Positions 51,926 to 64,000 of a stretch of DNA of 64,000 bases are shown one piece after another (within the stretch, counting starts at the first letter, position 1; each line of letters starts with the position of its first letter). The DNA comes from Felis catus (lineage: Eukaryota), in assembly GCF_018350175.1 (NCBI RefSeq), contig NC_058368.1, forward strand, positions 121,274,001 to 121,338,000, in the 5' to 3' direction. Below the pieces are notes generated by a model. The model ran no database searches. It had not been told where the DNA came from and saw only the letters and a list, made by a program, of their open reading frames with translations. Position numbers and translations under genes: made by a program.

Positions 51926-53126
51926 GTAAGTGGTGGCAGAGAGGTACGTGCCTACAGCTAAGTGATGGGGGGATCTGGCTCTGGGGTAGACAGAGTACAT
52001 TTTGCAAAAGGAGGATACTGGCTTTAAAACAAGCCTCTGTAAAGAGTGCTTTTAATTCCCAAATAGTGACTGGTCTTATTGGATGAAGCCAGACCGACTT
52101 AAGGTCACTGCCCTTGGTCACTCCACACACGTATACTGAATGGTGGGGATGGTAGCAGCCCGGAGTGCCAGCATATAATTAGAACACAGCCAAGGTGGAT
52201 GCTGGCTGTAGTTAAGACAGAACGAGCAAAGTACTTGCTGGATCAGGGCTTCTCTGCTCCAGGGAACCCCGCAGGGGTGCTAAAAGGGAAACGTGGGAAA
52301 TATCGGGGAGGTAGGTGGGGGAGGGGGGTAAAGAGGGTTGAAGAGTCAATGCTGAGAGTCCCAAATCTTGCTTTGTTATTTGACTAATATATACATGAGG
52401 TTAAAAGCATTTTTATTGTACAAAAGGAAGTCTCCTTCATATCCATAACCCCTGTGCCTAGTGCTCTTCTGTGTATATACATAGTATCTCGTAATCATAC
52501 CCACCACATGCACTGTTCTGCAGCTTGCTGTTATTTTACCTGTGTAACATCCACACTGCTCACGTGGCAATGCTTTCATCCCCTAAAATATTGAACCACT
52601 ACATAAGACCTCATTTTCAGGCACTTTAAAAAGCGTCTGGAACCCATTGTTCTACAAAACACGAAGGTTCTATATTTGCATACCTCTCTAGAAGACCACG
52701 AGCCAAGCCAAGTAAATTTGATTTATTCTACATTTTCTCATTTAAACTGGGCTCCACAGTCTATCTTAAAAAATGATTAAATATGAAAATGCAGTATGAC
52801 CACTCAAAGCAAGAGGGTAACATGTGGGTCAGTATGCCACACAGGAAAAGGTCCCAAGAAAATTAAAATAGGTATCTTAGTCCTGCCCTCTCCCGGGGCT
52901 CTCACCTGACCACCTGCCCCACCACCATGTACTTGACCTCCCACTGTGTTGCCTCTACCCAGCTGCCCCTCCTCCCTCCTCCCTGCTGACCTTCTACCTC
53001 CTTCTCCCTGCCCACACGCAAACGCCTCCTAAATAATCCCACCACAGAAGCCTGGGGCAAGCGACTAGACCTCATCAGCCTCCAGTTTCCTCATTTGTAA
53101 AATGGAAATAAAAATAATACCTGCCT

Positions 53127-53352
53127 GGGCTCCTGGGTGGCTCAGTCAGTTAACCATCCAGCTATTGACTTCAGCTCAGGTCACGATCTCACAGTTGTGA
53201 GATCGAGCCTCTGCTTTGGGCTCTACGCTGGCAGTATGGAGGCTACTTAGGATCCGCTCTCCCCCTCTCTCCCTGCCTCTCCCCTACTCACACTCTGCCT
53301 GTCTGTCTGTCTGTCTCTCTGTGTCTCTCAAAATAAACAAACAAACATTAAA
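53127..53352 (+). mobile_element. Can-SINE inside a MIR-like remnant
   Basis: gggctcctgggtggctcagtcagttaa head and aaataaacaaac tail. Confidence 0.85.
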
Positions 53353-55089
53353 GTCAGGGTATTGTGTGAATTTAATAAAAGAATCCATGTAAGACTGATG
53401 GCACCATGCCTGGCACATAATAAGGCTCAAGAAATAATAGCTGTTTTTATAGAGTGATCATTTTATCAGTACTATCATTGCTACTACAACTAAGCAGGTC
53501 CTCTGTGGCCCATCCAGTGTGTGAGTGACTCAGTGTTGAAACGTTCACACTCAGTCCACACCACTTATGAGTGCTGAGGCCTGTACCCCATTGGCAACCA
53601 CTCACATTTCCTTTCACACACTGCCTCTACCTTTGCAAAGATCTTGCTGGACTTGGAGTTGTGACTGCACTGGATGCACGTGTAAATAAGAAAGCATTAA
53701 ATCTCTTGGTAATAAGAACTGACAAGATCAACAGATGAGGCACAAAACCGATTTTTCACACGTTTCCAGGAGCCTAAGGACAGGCCTGCACAGCGCTGCT
53801 TTGACTTTCTCAAGTCCCGGAGGCTTTCTCTCTCCCTTTTCCCCAAGGTGAGGCTGGTCCAGCTATCAATCTCACCACAGCAAAGACACATGACAGGAGA
53901 ATTGACTGTGCACCCCATAGGGCTGTCAGTGGAAAAATAAATGTCTACATTGAAAGGGCAGACTTGTGTAAATGGCGGCTGGCTTGCTCACGGCAGCTGA
54001 GAACACCGACTGCGTTTAGTGAGCCTTCTGCTTTTCATGTTCACATCTGGCTTGAAGACGAGGCGTGACACAGAACATGGTGTTGGCTCAGGCCCTCTGT
54101 GCTGGACACAAATGTCTGTGATTCACACACGTGTCCAGAGGCTATCACAAAGGACTAACAACTCTGACCGGACGTCACTGATGCTCCCTAAATGCTGGGA
54201 GACCCTTACGGAGAAGTGGACTGAGGTGCTTCCCAGGGGTGTGCCTCCTGTCTCCCCACAGAGTGCACTGAAGTCCCTTTCACGTACAGGACACGTGCCC
54301 GAGAGATGAAAACAACGTATGTCCTGTCTTCCAGAGAATTAGAGGGGGAGGAATGGCTTCCTTTTACTGAGGGAAGATCATCTCCGTTAACAACAAAAAC
54401 AGAACAAAACAAACAAAAAAAGCCCAAGGAAGGGATAAAACCATAGTCCTGGACCTTGTATTTTTCGGATTTGTTGTCCTTTACCCAAAAACAGTGAGAG
54501 TTAGAAACACAGGGCATTTATTATGTTCCAGGCACTGTCCTAACACTTTGCACACATCGTAAAATGTCGGCCTCCCAGCAGCCCTGCCAAGTGCTGGGTT
54601 TACACATGAGGGGCTGAGATGCAGAGAAGGAATGTGGCTGACCTGTGCCAGGCTCCCTGAGAGGAAGTCTGATTCCAGAACCTCTGTCATGGGACTTTGC
54701 AAAGCTCATCCATGCACAGCCCTCACTCTGGAACAATCTTTCCAAATTTGCTTCCGTGTGGTGTCACGTTTGCCTGCACACTCTCTCCCTTAATTCCATT
54801 TGCCCTTCCGCCCCCAGCAAGGGCAATCCCGCCACCCTATGCCTACCGCTCCTGTTAGAATAGTCTTCAAGTAGCTGGTCAGAGCCCCCTCCTGCCCTCT
54901 CTGCTTCCCTCTTTCCCACCCTCTCATCCCTCCCAGTTGACTGACTCTTGTGTTTTCAATTCCTTCCATCTCTTTCTTTTGTTTTGTTTCCTCTTTGGTT
55001 TGCACGCGTCTGTTTGCTTCTCACTGTGAAGCTGTCTCCTCAGGTTTGTGTTCTTCACTTTACAACTTATAGGCCCCGAAGTGAGAGAG

Positions 55090-55092
<3 letters not shown>

Positions 55093-55178
<86 letters not shown>
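55093..55178. repeat. (GT)22(GA)21 compound microsatellite
   Basis: Counted directly. Confidence 0.97.
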
Positions 55179-55182
<4 letters not shown>

Positions 55183-55452
55183 GCAAATGGAAGTAGTACA
55201 CCTTCTGACACTACACCCGCCCCCGCCCCCCGCCAAACATTCAGCTAGCCAGTTATTTCCTGCCAGCATCAGCAAACAGCACTAAAAAAAGAATAAGGTC
55301 ACCTTTGAAAGACCCTGCGAGAATGTGAGCACACTCAAATGGGGAAAGTACTTAACTATTCTGGGCTATCAGGACACACGGCCCACACAAGACCAAGCGG
55401 AGCCACTGTCAGCAGCCCCCGGTGCTGATATCTGTGTCCTGTAATTCCTCAG

Positions 55453-55814
55453 ATGGATCCCTGCAGAGGCCCGTCCAGTCAGGGATCCCCGCCCTGGTGG
55501 TGGGCTCCCTCAGACGCAGCCCCACCATGGTGGTACGGCCTCAGCAGTTCCCGTTCTACCAGCCGCAGGGGGTCCCCCCTGCCCCCTCCACGGTGGTGGC
55601 GGCGGAACTGGGACCGCAGCCCACTCCCACCGGGGAGCCTGCCCTCACGTGTGTCAGCAGAGGCGGTGACACCAGGACCCGCTCAGCCGCCAGTTCCCTC
55701 ATCATGGAAGGCAAGGAAATCCCTGTCAAGAGCGAGCCTCTACCTAAACCACCTGCATCCGCCCCACCATCCATCCTAGTGAAACCAGAAAACTCCAGAA
55801 ATGGCAGCGAAAAG
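55453..55814 (+). CDS. SH3RF2: SH3RF2 coding exon 9
   Basis: Acceptor aattcctcag|AT, donor AAG|gtagga, 362 nt, phase 1/0. Translates (N)[32 protein letters not shown]...[29 protein letters not shown]. Confidence 0.95.
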
Positions 55815-57165
55815 GTAGGAGTGAGGTGACATGAGGGGTGGGGCGTATGGAGTCTTTATATCCCTAACTTGGCACAGCGTCCCAGCTCCCAAGGTTTGTT
55901 TTACCTGGACGAGGTATCAAAATTGCCTCAAAAGAATCCTCACACACAGTGTCCCCCCACACACCCCTCAGGCCACTGACAACCTCTGCAGATGTGTTAC
56001 TGTATTCTCCTTCATGCCTCCTGAACATTTCATACGTGTGTCTTTCGAGGCCCAGAGGTAAGTTGGAAAAAATGTGGCTTTGTCATCAGCCTTCTCTTGA
56101 TTTGAATTCCAGATCAGCTGCTTGCTGTCTGGTGTCTTAGCCAAAACACTTCACCTTTCTTAGACTCTTTTTGCTTCATCTGTAAAATAGCAGTACGAAC
56201 GGGAACAGCCTCCTAGGACTGATGCGGAGGTGAAACGAGATGAGACGTGTAAAGTACTTCAACGGGGCTTGATCATAAGCGTTCATGATATAGAAGAGGC
56301 CACTGAGACACAGGAGAAATTTAAGGGATTTATCAAAGTCACACCAAATTATAATGATTCCAACAACTAACTTTTACTGTAACCTCTGTGGCAGAGTTCA
56401 GATCTTTTAACTTCTAGTGCAGGGCTTTTCCCACTAGAAGCCATGGGTTTTTATAAAAGTTTTATGTTCTCAATAATATCCTTTTAAGGCAGGAGGAACA
56501 GCGAGACAGAGGAGGTGACATTAAGGAAATTAGGTGACTGTTATCTTTTAGTTTACTGACCATCACCTCCACCACCAGCCCCACCATGACCCATTCCAGG
56601 CCAAAAGGAAAGATGATGTGGTCTCCTCCTCTTTGCTAAGCATTTACTGAATGCTAACAACTTGGCAGGCACCGTGCTGACTACTGTGCATGCCTTATCT
56701 CATTTAATCCTAACAATAACCCTCTGAAGTGGTTATTTTAATTCTCAACAACCCCCTCTAGTAGATATTATTATTGTCGTCCTCGTTTTAAAATGAGGCA
56801 AGGAGGCTTGAGGAGTTAAAGTGCTTTACCAAAAGACACACAGCTGACACATGTGAGTGTCTGGAGTAGAATCCAGATCTGGTATAAAAACTCATGTTCT
56901 TAACACTAAGCTGTAAGCTTGTAAGGAAAAGCATTTGGGAAAAAAGTGTTGACTGATATCAATGTTGGGAGTTCTTTTTCTGGATTTTAGCATTCAAATA
57001 ATTCAGAGTTTTCTAGGCCCCAGTTGCCTTTTACCCCAAGCTGTTAGACACAGCCCTCACATTGTCAGCATTTAAGAAGTGCCCAGACCTCTGTGAGATG
57101 TGGTGAGGGTCAAAAGTATGAAGAAACTTGGATTTTCAGTGGGGGACACTAGGATCCAATGTCAT

Positions 57166-57215
57166 AGAAAAGAAAGAAAGGAAAGAAAGGAAAGAAAGGA
57201 AAGAAAGGAAAGAAA

Positions 57216-57253
<38 letters not shown>

Positions 57254-57392
57254 GGAAGGAAGGAAGGAAGGAAGGAAGGAAGGAAGGAAGGAAGGAAGGA
57301 AGGAAGGAAGAAGAGGAAGGAAGGAAGGAAGGAAGGAAGGAAGGAAGGAAGGAAGGAAGGAAGGAAGGAAGGAAGAGAGAAAGAAAAAGAAA
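57166..57392. repeat. Compound (GAAA)n/(GGAA)n pure-purine tract, 227 nt
   Basis: Read directly; no pyrimidine on the + strand. Confidence 0.97.
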
Positions 57393-58352
57393 TTTCTAAG
57401 CAGTAGCACAGAACACTATTAAGCCCTAAATCAGGGCTGCGCTAAACAAGTATCTGTTGGTACAAGGTAGCTATATAAGAGACAAGGAGAGGTGAAAGAA
57501 AGAGGGAGGAAAAAATCTTTAAAAATTAAAAAAATAAAATAAAAGGGAGTGAGGGAGGGAGAGAAGGGGCTTGGGCGACAGGAGACCATGCCTCCCATAT
57601 GAAGGAGTCCTGCTCATCAGCTCCAGACAGCTATTGCCAGAATGGGGCACAGGCCTCAATGTACCAGCTTTGATTTTTTAAGAGACATATGAAATTCTAA
57701 TTTTTATATGCAATCTCCCAATTTTATGTGTTGGCAACTAAATCAGACGCTCAAACATGCTGCAGACTAAATTCAAACAGCAGGAGTCCACTTTGCAACC
57801 TCTGCTCTGAGGATATAAGGCCATCATGAGACTTTTGATTTGGGAGTCAGCACGTGGGGGGGCCTCAAGGAAGAGGTGGGCCTGGAGATAGGCCTGAAGG
57901 GCAGGTGGTGTGGAGAGAGAGAAGGTGAACCTCTTGTACTTTCTGGAAGGAGCCATAACCTCTTGCCTCAGCCCTTTTCTCAAGTGACTGCCTCTCCCAT
58001 TTCTTCTAGGTAATTTCTAATCGTTCTTCAGTTCTCAATTTAAATAGCTGTGGCTCTCGGAGGCCTTCCCCAGATGCCCCACTGCTGCTAGATAGGCCAC
58101 TGCGCACCCCTAGAGGCTTCTGCATGTGTCACCACTGCCTGTCAGGGCAGTCTTGTTCCCTCTTGGGTCCGCAGCACCTAACAGCGCAGTGCATCCGAGA
58201 CCCTCAGAGTAGACACAGGCGTTTGTGAGGGAACACAGAAATGAGGTGTTTTAAGTAGGGACATGTGTGGAGAAGCAGCAGGACTCAAGTCCCAGGGAAA
58301 ACCTCCCAGCTCCTGCCTCACCTGGGCCCCCGTGCTCTCCTTTCTCTTGCAG

Positions 58353-58628
58353 CAAGTCAAAACTGTGCGATTTCAGAATTACAGCCCTCCTCCGGCCAAA
58401 CAGTACACCTCCCACCCCACGTCAGGAAAGCCTGAACAGCCTGCCATCCCCAAGGGGTCCCAGCCCGAAGCCGCCCCCTCAGGCCCAGAGATGACCGTCC
58501 TATTCGCCCACCGAAGCGGCTGCCATTCAGGACAGCAGACAGACCTCCGGAGGAAGTCGACTTTGGGCAAGACCACCACCCCAGTGTCCACTGCTTCGGC
58601 GACACAGACCGTGTTTCCCAGCAAATGA
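58353..58628 (+). CDS. SH3RF2: SH3RF2 terminal coding exon 10 with RVxF PP1-docking motif (KTVRF)
   Basis: Acceptor ctcctttctcttgcag|CAA, stop TGA at 58626-58628. Translates [14 protein letters not shown]...[24 protein letters not shown]...TQTVFPSK*. Confidence 0.96.
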   Translation, partial: QVKTVRFQNYSPPPAKQYTSHPTSGKPEQPAIPKGSQPEAAPSGPEMTVLFAHRSGCHSGQQTDLRRKSTLGKTTTPVSTASATQTVFPSK

Positions 58629-60099
58629 ATCTACGGGTGGCTTTTCCCAGACCCCAAAGAGGTGAATTGCATTTAAATACAGTCTGCCTCCACTGGTGAC
58701 ATCCTGACATTCTTTAGGTTCTTGAGCTCGGGTCCTTGTTCCGCCAGCAGGTGGGAGAGGAAAGACCGGGAGCAGGGTTCCTGCCCTGGGTGGGAAGATA
58801 GAGTGCATGGCCTTCTACACATAATGCTTTGATGCAGCAAGGCCGCTACTCAGACCAAGGAGTGGAAGACAGTCTTGCCCACCCTGTTCCCTCATCCCTT
58901 GTGTTCCGTGTAGCATTTCTATGGCACTCTCAAAGGGGCTTCAGCCAGGGGCTTCACAATGGTGGGAATGTTGGCATTGCTTCTTTGACCTCATCACCAT
59001 GTTCTCAACGAGCATTAGGACAGCTTCTGCCATCTTTGCGGCCTGTACGCTGACCGCTAGTGGCTGCCATACGTTGTTCCCTCCACAGAGTCATCATCCT
59101 GGCTGCCAAGGGAAAATTGGGGGAAGGATGTGTGGTGGATACTCTGATCTTCTGAGAACCCTCTAAAACCAAAGGGAGTCAGCTTAGTGGATTTGGTCCA
59201 AACAAGAAGGTCAGAGAGAAAGTGATGATCGATCACAATTTAAGCCTCTCGATCTGTTTCCCTACGTATAATCCTACACGACACATAAAGCAGGAAGCAC
59301 AGAGCTGGGGGTAGAGTCCTGTGTGGAATTATGGATAGTTCATTCTTCCTGGCTCCAGCCTGACTTCCCCAAGAAAACACGGCATGCTTAAAAAGAACTC
59401 CGTAAGGGGCTTGAGTTTAGATATATATTCCATTTGCATGACAACATTCTTTACCTTCTCCGATTTGTTCCCGATTTGTTTGGGGCAGACTAGCTGTTTC
59501 ACTGGGTTGTGGAATAAGGCAGCAGGGTCAGTGAGGAGATGCCAGTCCAAAGCTGGAGTGGAGACATTCCCCAGAGAACAGCTGCTGTCAAAGGGACCCA
59601 GCAGAGAAGGTGGGAGAGGAAAGGGGGAACAGAGGAGGAAAGGGTGAGGCACAAACAAAAGCAGTCAGAGAAAAGGTGGGGGTGGTGAATAGAACAGAGG
59701 AAGAATAGATTGGGTGGATCTGTCAGGGAAGAAGGGAAAAGGGGAGGAGCGGCTTTGACACTCATGACAACTGGGAACAGAAGGGTGGAGTCTGCAAAAG
59801 CAGATGACCGCATTGAGACGGGACTGAAGCGAAAGCCTTACAAACAGGGCTGAGGGGGCACCCCAGAGAGCTGAGGCAATGTTGTAAGACAACCCATTAA
59901 TTCTCATTAGACTTAACTGTTGTGATTTAACATTTATTACTTGCCCATCAATGTGGGCACCTTAGTACATAAATGCCATTTGCCACTAAGGCTGGGTGTC
60001 GTTAAAAAAAAACAAGGCTGGTCTAATGAGACCTTTTCCCTGGACAGTTCTTGAAATCCTGGGATTAAAAACATTTATCTTTTACATAACTCCCCCCCC

Positions 60100-60100
<1 letters not shown>

Positions 60101-60140
<40 letters not shown>
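60101..60140. repeat. (AC)20 microsatellite in the putative 3'UTR
   Basis: Read directly. Confidence 0.95.
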
Positions 60141-60144
<4 letters not shown>

Positions 60145-60178
60145 CCAACTGAATTGTCCACATACTTTTGCAGATATT

Positions 60179-60184
60179 AATAAA
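60179..60184 (+). terminator. Candidate polyadenylation signal for SH3RF2 (3'UTR about 1.55 kb)
   Basis: First AATAAA I noticed downstream of the stop. ATTAAA near 60064 and AATAAA near 62659 are alternatives. No transcript evidence. Confidence 0.35.
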
Positions 60185-63100
60185 GCAAAAACAAAACCAT
60201 AATCCTGCCAAGGACACTGCACATATGTCACACCTATGGAGTTGGTAGAGCCAACCTGGTGACACATTCTAGTGTTTCTTTGAGATGTGACCCTTGCCTA
60301 CTTTGCAGAAGCAACACTAACGACTCTTACCTCACTGAGCTGAAAAATAATCCACATGGAGAATTGGGAGAAGGTCACAAGGACAGGGAGGCATCCTGTT
60401 ATTTGTCAAAATTTAAGTACCTAAGCTGCTTCTCTATTCAAAAGAACACCCTCAATGAGTTTAGCGATGAGTTTAGCAAGCTGCTCCACTACCAGGGTGG
60501 CAGGTACATGAGATAACCAGCCAATTAAGTATTTATTCTGTGCCTCAGTAACAATGGATCCAGTTAATTTTTAACTGTTGTGGCTGACAAGCGGGTTGTA
60601 CAGGAGTAGTGGAGACACGATCCTTGACTTCCAAATGAAAAAGAATATTCTTCCAATTGTGCGCTCTCTGTAGAGGGTTGCCTTTCTGAGAAATGTGAAC
60701 AACTCCAAAAGTTTGATACCCCCATTCCATCCAGGCTCTTCACCAATACCCAACATCCCACTTCCTCCCTCCCAAACTAAACCCCGTGTCTGTAGGGTTA
60801 TATGAGAATTCGAAAGGAGCAGGAGAGTGTCATTTCCAAGTAAAAGGTGAACCCACTGGCACCTCCAATCATTTATTCCACCAATGTGTTTCAGACATTT
60901 CCTGTGAGCAGGGCACTGCAGTGAGAATAACAGATACATCCTCTCCTAGAATGTCTGTTGTAACCTTATAAGGCAACTGTAAGTGTCCCAGTGCAGAGCC
61001 AAGGAAACCAAGGCTTAAAGGGTAACCACAGATTATAGCAGAGTGATTCTGACAGCTGCCCACACCCTTGAGTTCAAAGTCTATGATTTCAAAGCCCAAC
61101 GTGGGACTATGATTTATGAACTAAGAGACCATCCTTGGCCTCAGGTCACTGACTTCAGGCTGCAGGGACATGACATAGTACAGTGGTTACAAATGTAGTC
61201 TCTGCTACACAAAGAATAATTTCAGATCCAATTCCCAATTACCACTTACTAGCCATGTAATGTTGGGCAAGTTACTTAATCTCTCTGAGCCGTGTTTTCC
61301 TACCTATGAATGATAATAGTGCCAAACTCATTGGGCTATTGTAAGGATTAACTGACATAATATTATAAAGTGACGCCGTGCACACCCCACACATGTCAAA
61401 CTTGGATGTTTTTAAGGGAGCGGGCCCCTGAAATTCCAGGTGAGAAAATCTAAAGCAAGGGCATGGCCAGGGTGAAGGTGCTAGGAGGAAACCAGTGTAG
61501 CCCCATCATGGAGGTCAGAACATAGACTAGACTAAGTCCTGAAGGACATATAGGAGTCAGAAAAAAGTGTGGGGAGAATGGCATCCCAAGCAGAGATAGA
61601 AGCATTGACATCTGGATTTAAATGTGTTAATCAAGCCAAGTTCTCTTAGAGGAATCCATTTCTTTGTGGAACATTCCAGGGATCCTAGGTAGAAACAAGC
61701 ACTTCACATCAAGCATCCCATCCTGTGCGAGCTCCACCCCTCAGCTAAGGCTCAGAGTGGCTAGGAAAGTGCCCCCTCACCTCTTAAGAAGCTCGAATCT
61801 CAGTGCTAGGAAAGCTGCTGAGGGTAGGCTCTGACTGGGGAGGACGGGGTCGGGGGACATCTGAGAGGTGATGGAGGGGCACAAGCAGCTGAGGACAGAC
61901 TCTCAGGGCCACACTTGAGGAAATGGTCTCCTTAAGCGGCATCAGGACCCTCACCTAGATCTTGTCTCCTTTCCTTTCTTATGTGGGACCAGTGACACCT
62001 CCTCTACCCTCCACCCTCCACAGACAGGGCTTTTGGAGCAGGAAGAGTTTAAAACAGTGCCCCACCTGTGGGTTGGTGAGCTTCAGCACTGACTCAATAC
62101 ATGGTCTGTCTGTGTCAGGCCAGCGTTCCAGAGCAGCAGCGATCCAGGGGTGCTGGGTCAGGGTTGAGCTGTAGTTAGACAGACATGGACTCTTCAATTT
62201 GTCCCAATCCCAACAGCCTGCTTCACTCACTCACATGACCTACACTTGAACGAGGTGTGTTCTCCTAGAGTCCTAGAGTGAGCTGGACTTCACTTCAGAA
62301 TCTTCAGTGATACACTGATCATTAGAGCTGGACCCTTAGAGATCAGCTGACTCGGGCACTCAGGTCTCATGGCCTGACAGGGCTCAACAGTTTTGAGGCA
62401 GGGACTAGACACCTGTGTTTTCAACGTACTCCCCAGGTGATTCTGATGTATAAGAATCAAATCCACCTTCCTCATACCATATAGTCAGACGGGAATGTGG
62501 CCACACTGGTGGCTAATATATTGAACTCTGCCTATAGTGACAGGTGAACAGGGGCCCTGAGCTCCCCAAGGCCTCTCCCCACTCCTGCCCTTTCTCGCCA
62601 TTTTCCCCATCGTCCAACCACTAAAGGGCTCAGGCCAGGTGCAGCTAAGACCTTCAGCAATAAAGGCCTTTTTCATTCTCATTGGCTAGTGACTACACCA
62701 TACTGGTTGTTATGTATCTCCACTGTTACCCTGTTATACAGAAAGAACATGGCCCAGAGAGGTCCCTCAGATATCGGGAGCACTCTTCCCCCCCAAATCC
62801 TAGCCACTGTCCAGCTCCCTGACAATCACTTCCATCAAGGCCGTTGGCTTAGGAAAGGCGCAGACTTAGAGGGCGGGCAGTTCCTTGCTCACCGCTCTAC
62901 CTTTTTCGGCAAACATCTTCATAGGTACAAGCAATGCTCGTTAGCTTCCCAGCTCCTCTGGCATCAACCAGGCAGTCAGGGAAGTCATTTGTTTCAGTAC
63001 GATGAGCAGACATGATCCTCATCTGCTCGCTCACCTCTGCCCATACAGACCAGCCTCACAGCCCCTGGACTCCCTTCCCAGGAAGTAAACAGCTGTGGCA

Positions 63101-64000
63101 GGCAGGGGAGCGGCATCCTATCAAGTCTCCCCACTGGGAGCAAGTGCTGAGCAAGCTAGGCTATCCCAGGGCTGGCAGCTGCTGCCACGGTGCTTCTCTT
63201 ATTTTGTCTTGAGAGTCAAGACCCCAGTTGTGCCTTTGGCGAAGAGAAGGGAGTGTTAGCACTTCCAGCAACCTCTCAGGTGACCATGAATGACAGTCAC
63301 TGGGGGAATGCATCTGGCAGGCAAGACCAAATCAGAGGAGTTAACTCCAAAGATCCTTTCCAGCGGGTTGGTGTCCCTGAGAATAAATCTTACAAGGACA
63401 TTCTGCTTGAAATAGAACAATGTTAAATGAGCAAGCCATCTGTTTGCCAGGCCATAGTATTGTGTCCTAGACCAGAGCAGAAACAAAATGTTCTCAGGAA
63501 GCCCTTCTGCTTACTGACCTCCACTTTGACAAATAAAACGCAGCAGAGGTGGGACCAAAGGTGACAAGGGTGGGGGGGGGGGGCAGGAGGGGGAGCGCTG
63601 CAGATTCACCTGTACACTCATTCAGTAACAATCATCCACTACTCACTCTGAGTCAGGCTCTGTGAAACACAGTGGGGATTCAGGGGTTCAAAAGAGAGAG
63701 AAAATATATGTGGGCCTCACAGAGTGCTGTTTCTTATTAATTTTACTGGGTTTGAGGACTCCTTTCTGCCTTCTCCCTTTATTAATTAAATGGTATGTGT
63801 GTGTGTCTCTCATACACACACACACGTACATATATATGACTGATCATAAAACAGATAACCATATACCTACCATCAACTTTTGTAAAAAAAAAAAAAAATC
63901 ATTATCAATCCCATTGAAGCCTGCTGTGTGCTTCATCTAACCTCACTCCTTCTTCCCCTCCTCCCCACTTCTATCACAACCACTATCCTGAACTCGGAGC

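Noticed and set aside
50..53352. tRNA-like A/B-box sequences and recurring similar repeats (possible tRNA genes or a CRISPR-like array)
   Set aside because: They are dispersed tRNA-derived Can-SINE heads with (CT)n and A tails; no full cloverleaf and no regular repeat-spacer period.
57100..57409. Lys/Glu/Arg-rich and Phe/Leu/Pro/Ser-rich ORFs
   Set aside because: Translations of the GAAA/GGAA microsatellite.
58629..64000. Possible exons of the neighbouring gene (PLAC8L1 is expected downstream on - by recalled human synteny)
   Set aside because: No Cys-rich PLAC8-type coding exon recognised in this stretch; probably beyond the window.

Overview
Mammalian (felid) genomic DNA, not prokaryotic: it is dense in Felidae-type Can-SINEs and carnivore L1. 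The window holds the 3' part of SH3RF2 (POSH3/PPP1R39) on the + strand. Six coding exons (4884-5207, 42440-42531, 43795-43965, 51690-51925, 55453-55814, 58353-58628) have GT-AG boundaries and consistent phases. They encode the linker, the third SH3 domain and the C-terminus with the PP1-docking motif KTVRF. The 37-kb intron after the first exon contains a full-length, young but inactivated LINE-1 on the - strand (29725-35695, 10-bp TSD, four discrete lesions). The rest of the window holds many SINEs, old L1 and hAT-MITE remnants, and microsatellites. The most interesting hypothesis is an ORF0-like antisense ATG plus phase-0 splice donors in the L1 5'UTR that could splice in frame into the downstream SH3RF2 exons, giving a RING-less isoform. 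This is inference only. Most short ORFs in the track are repeat-derived noise. Repeat family names and human comparisons are from recall, and old-repeat boundaries are approximate.
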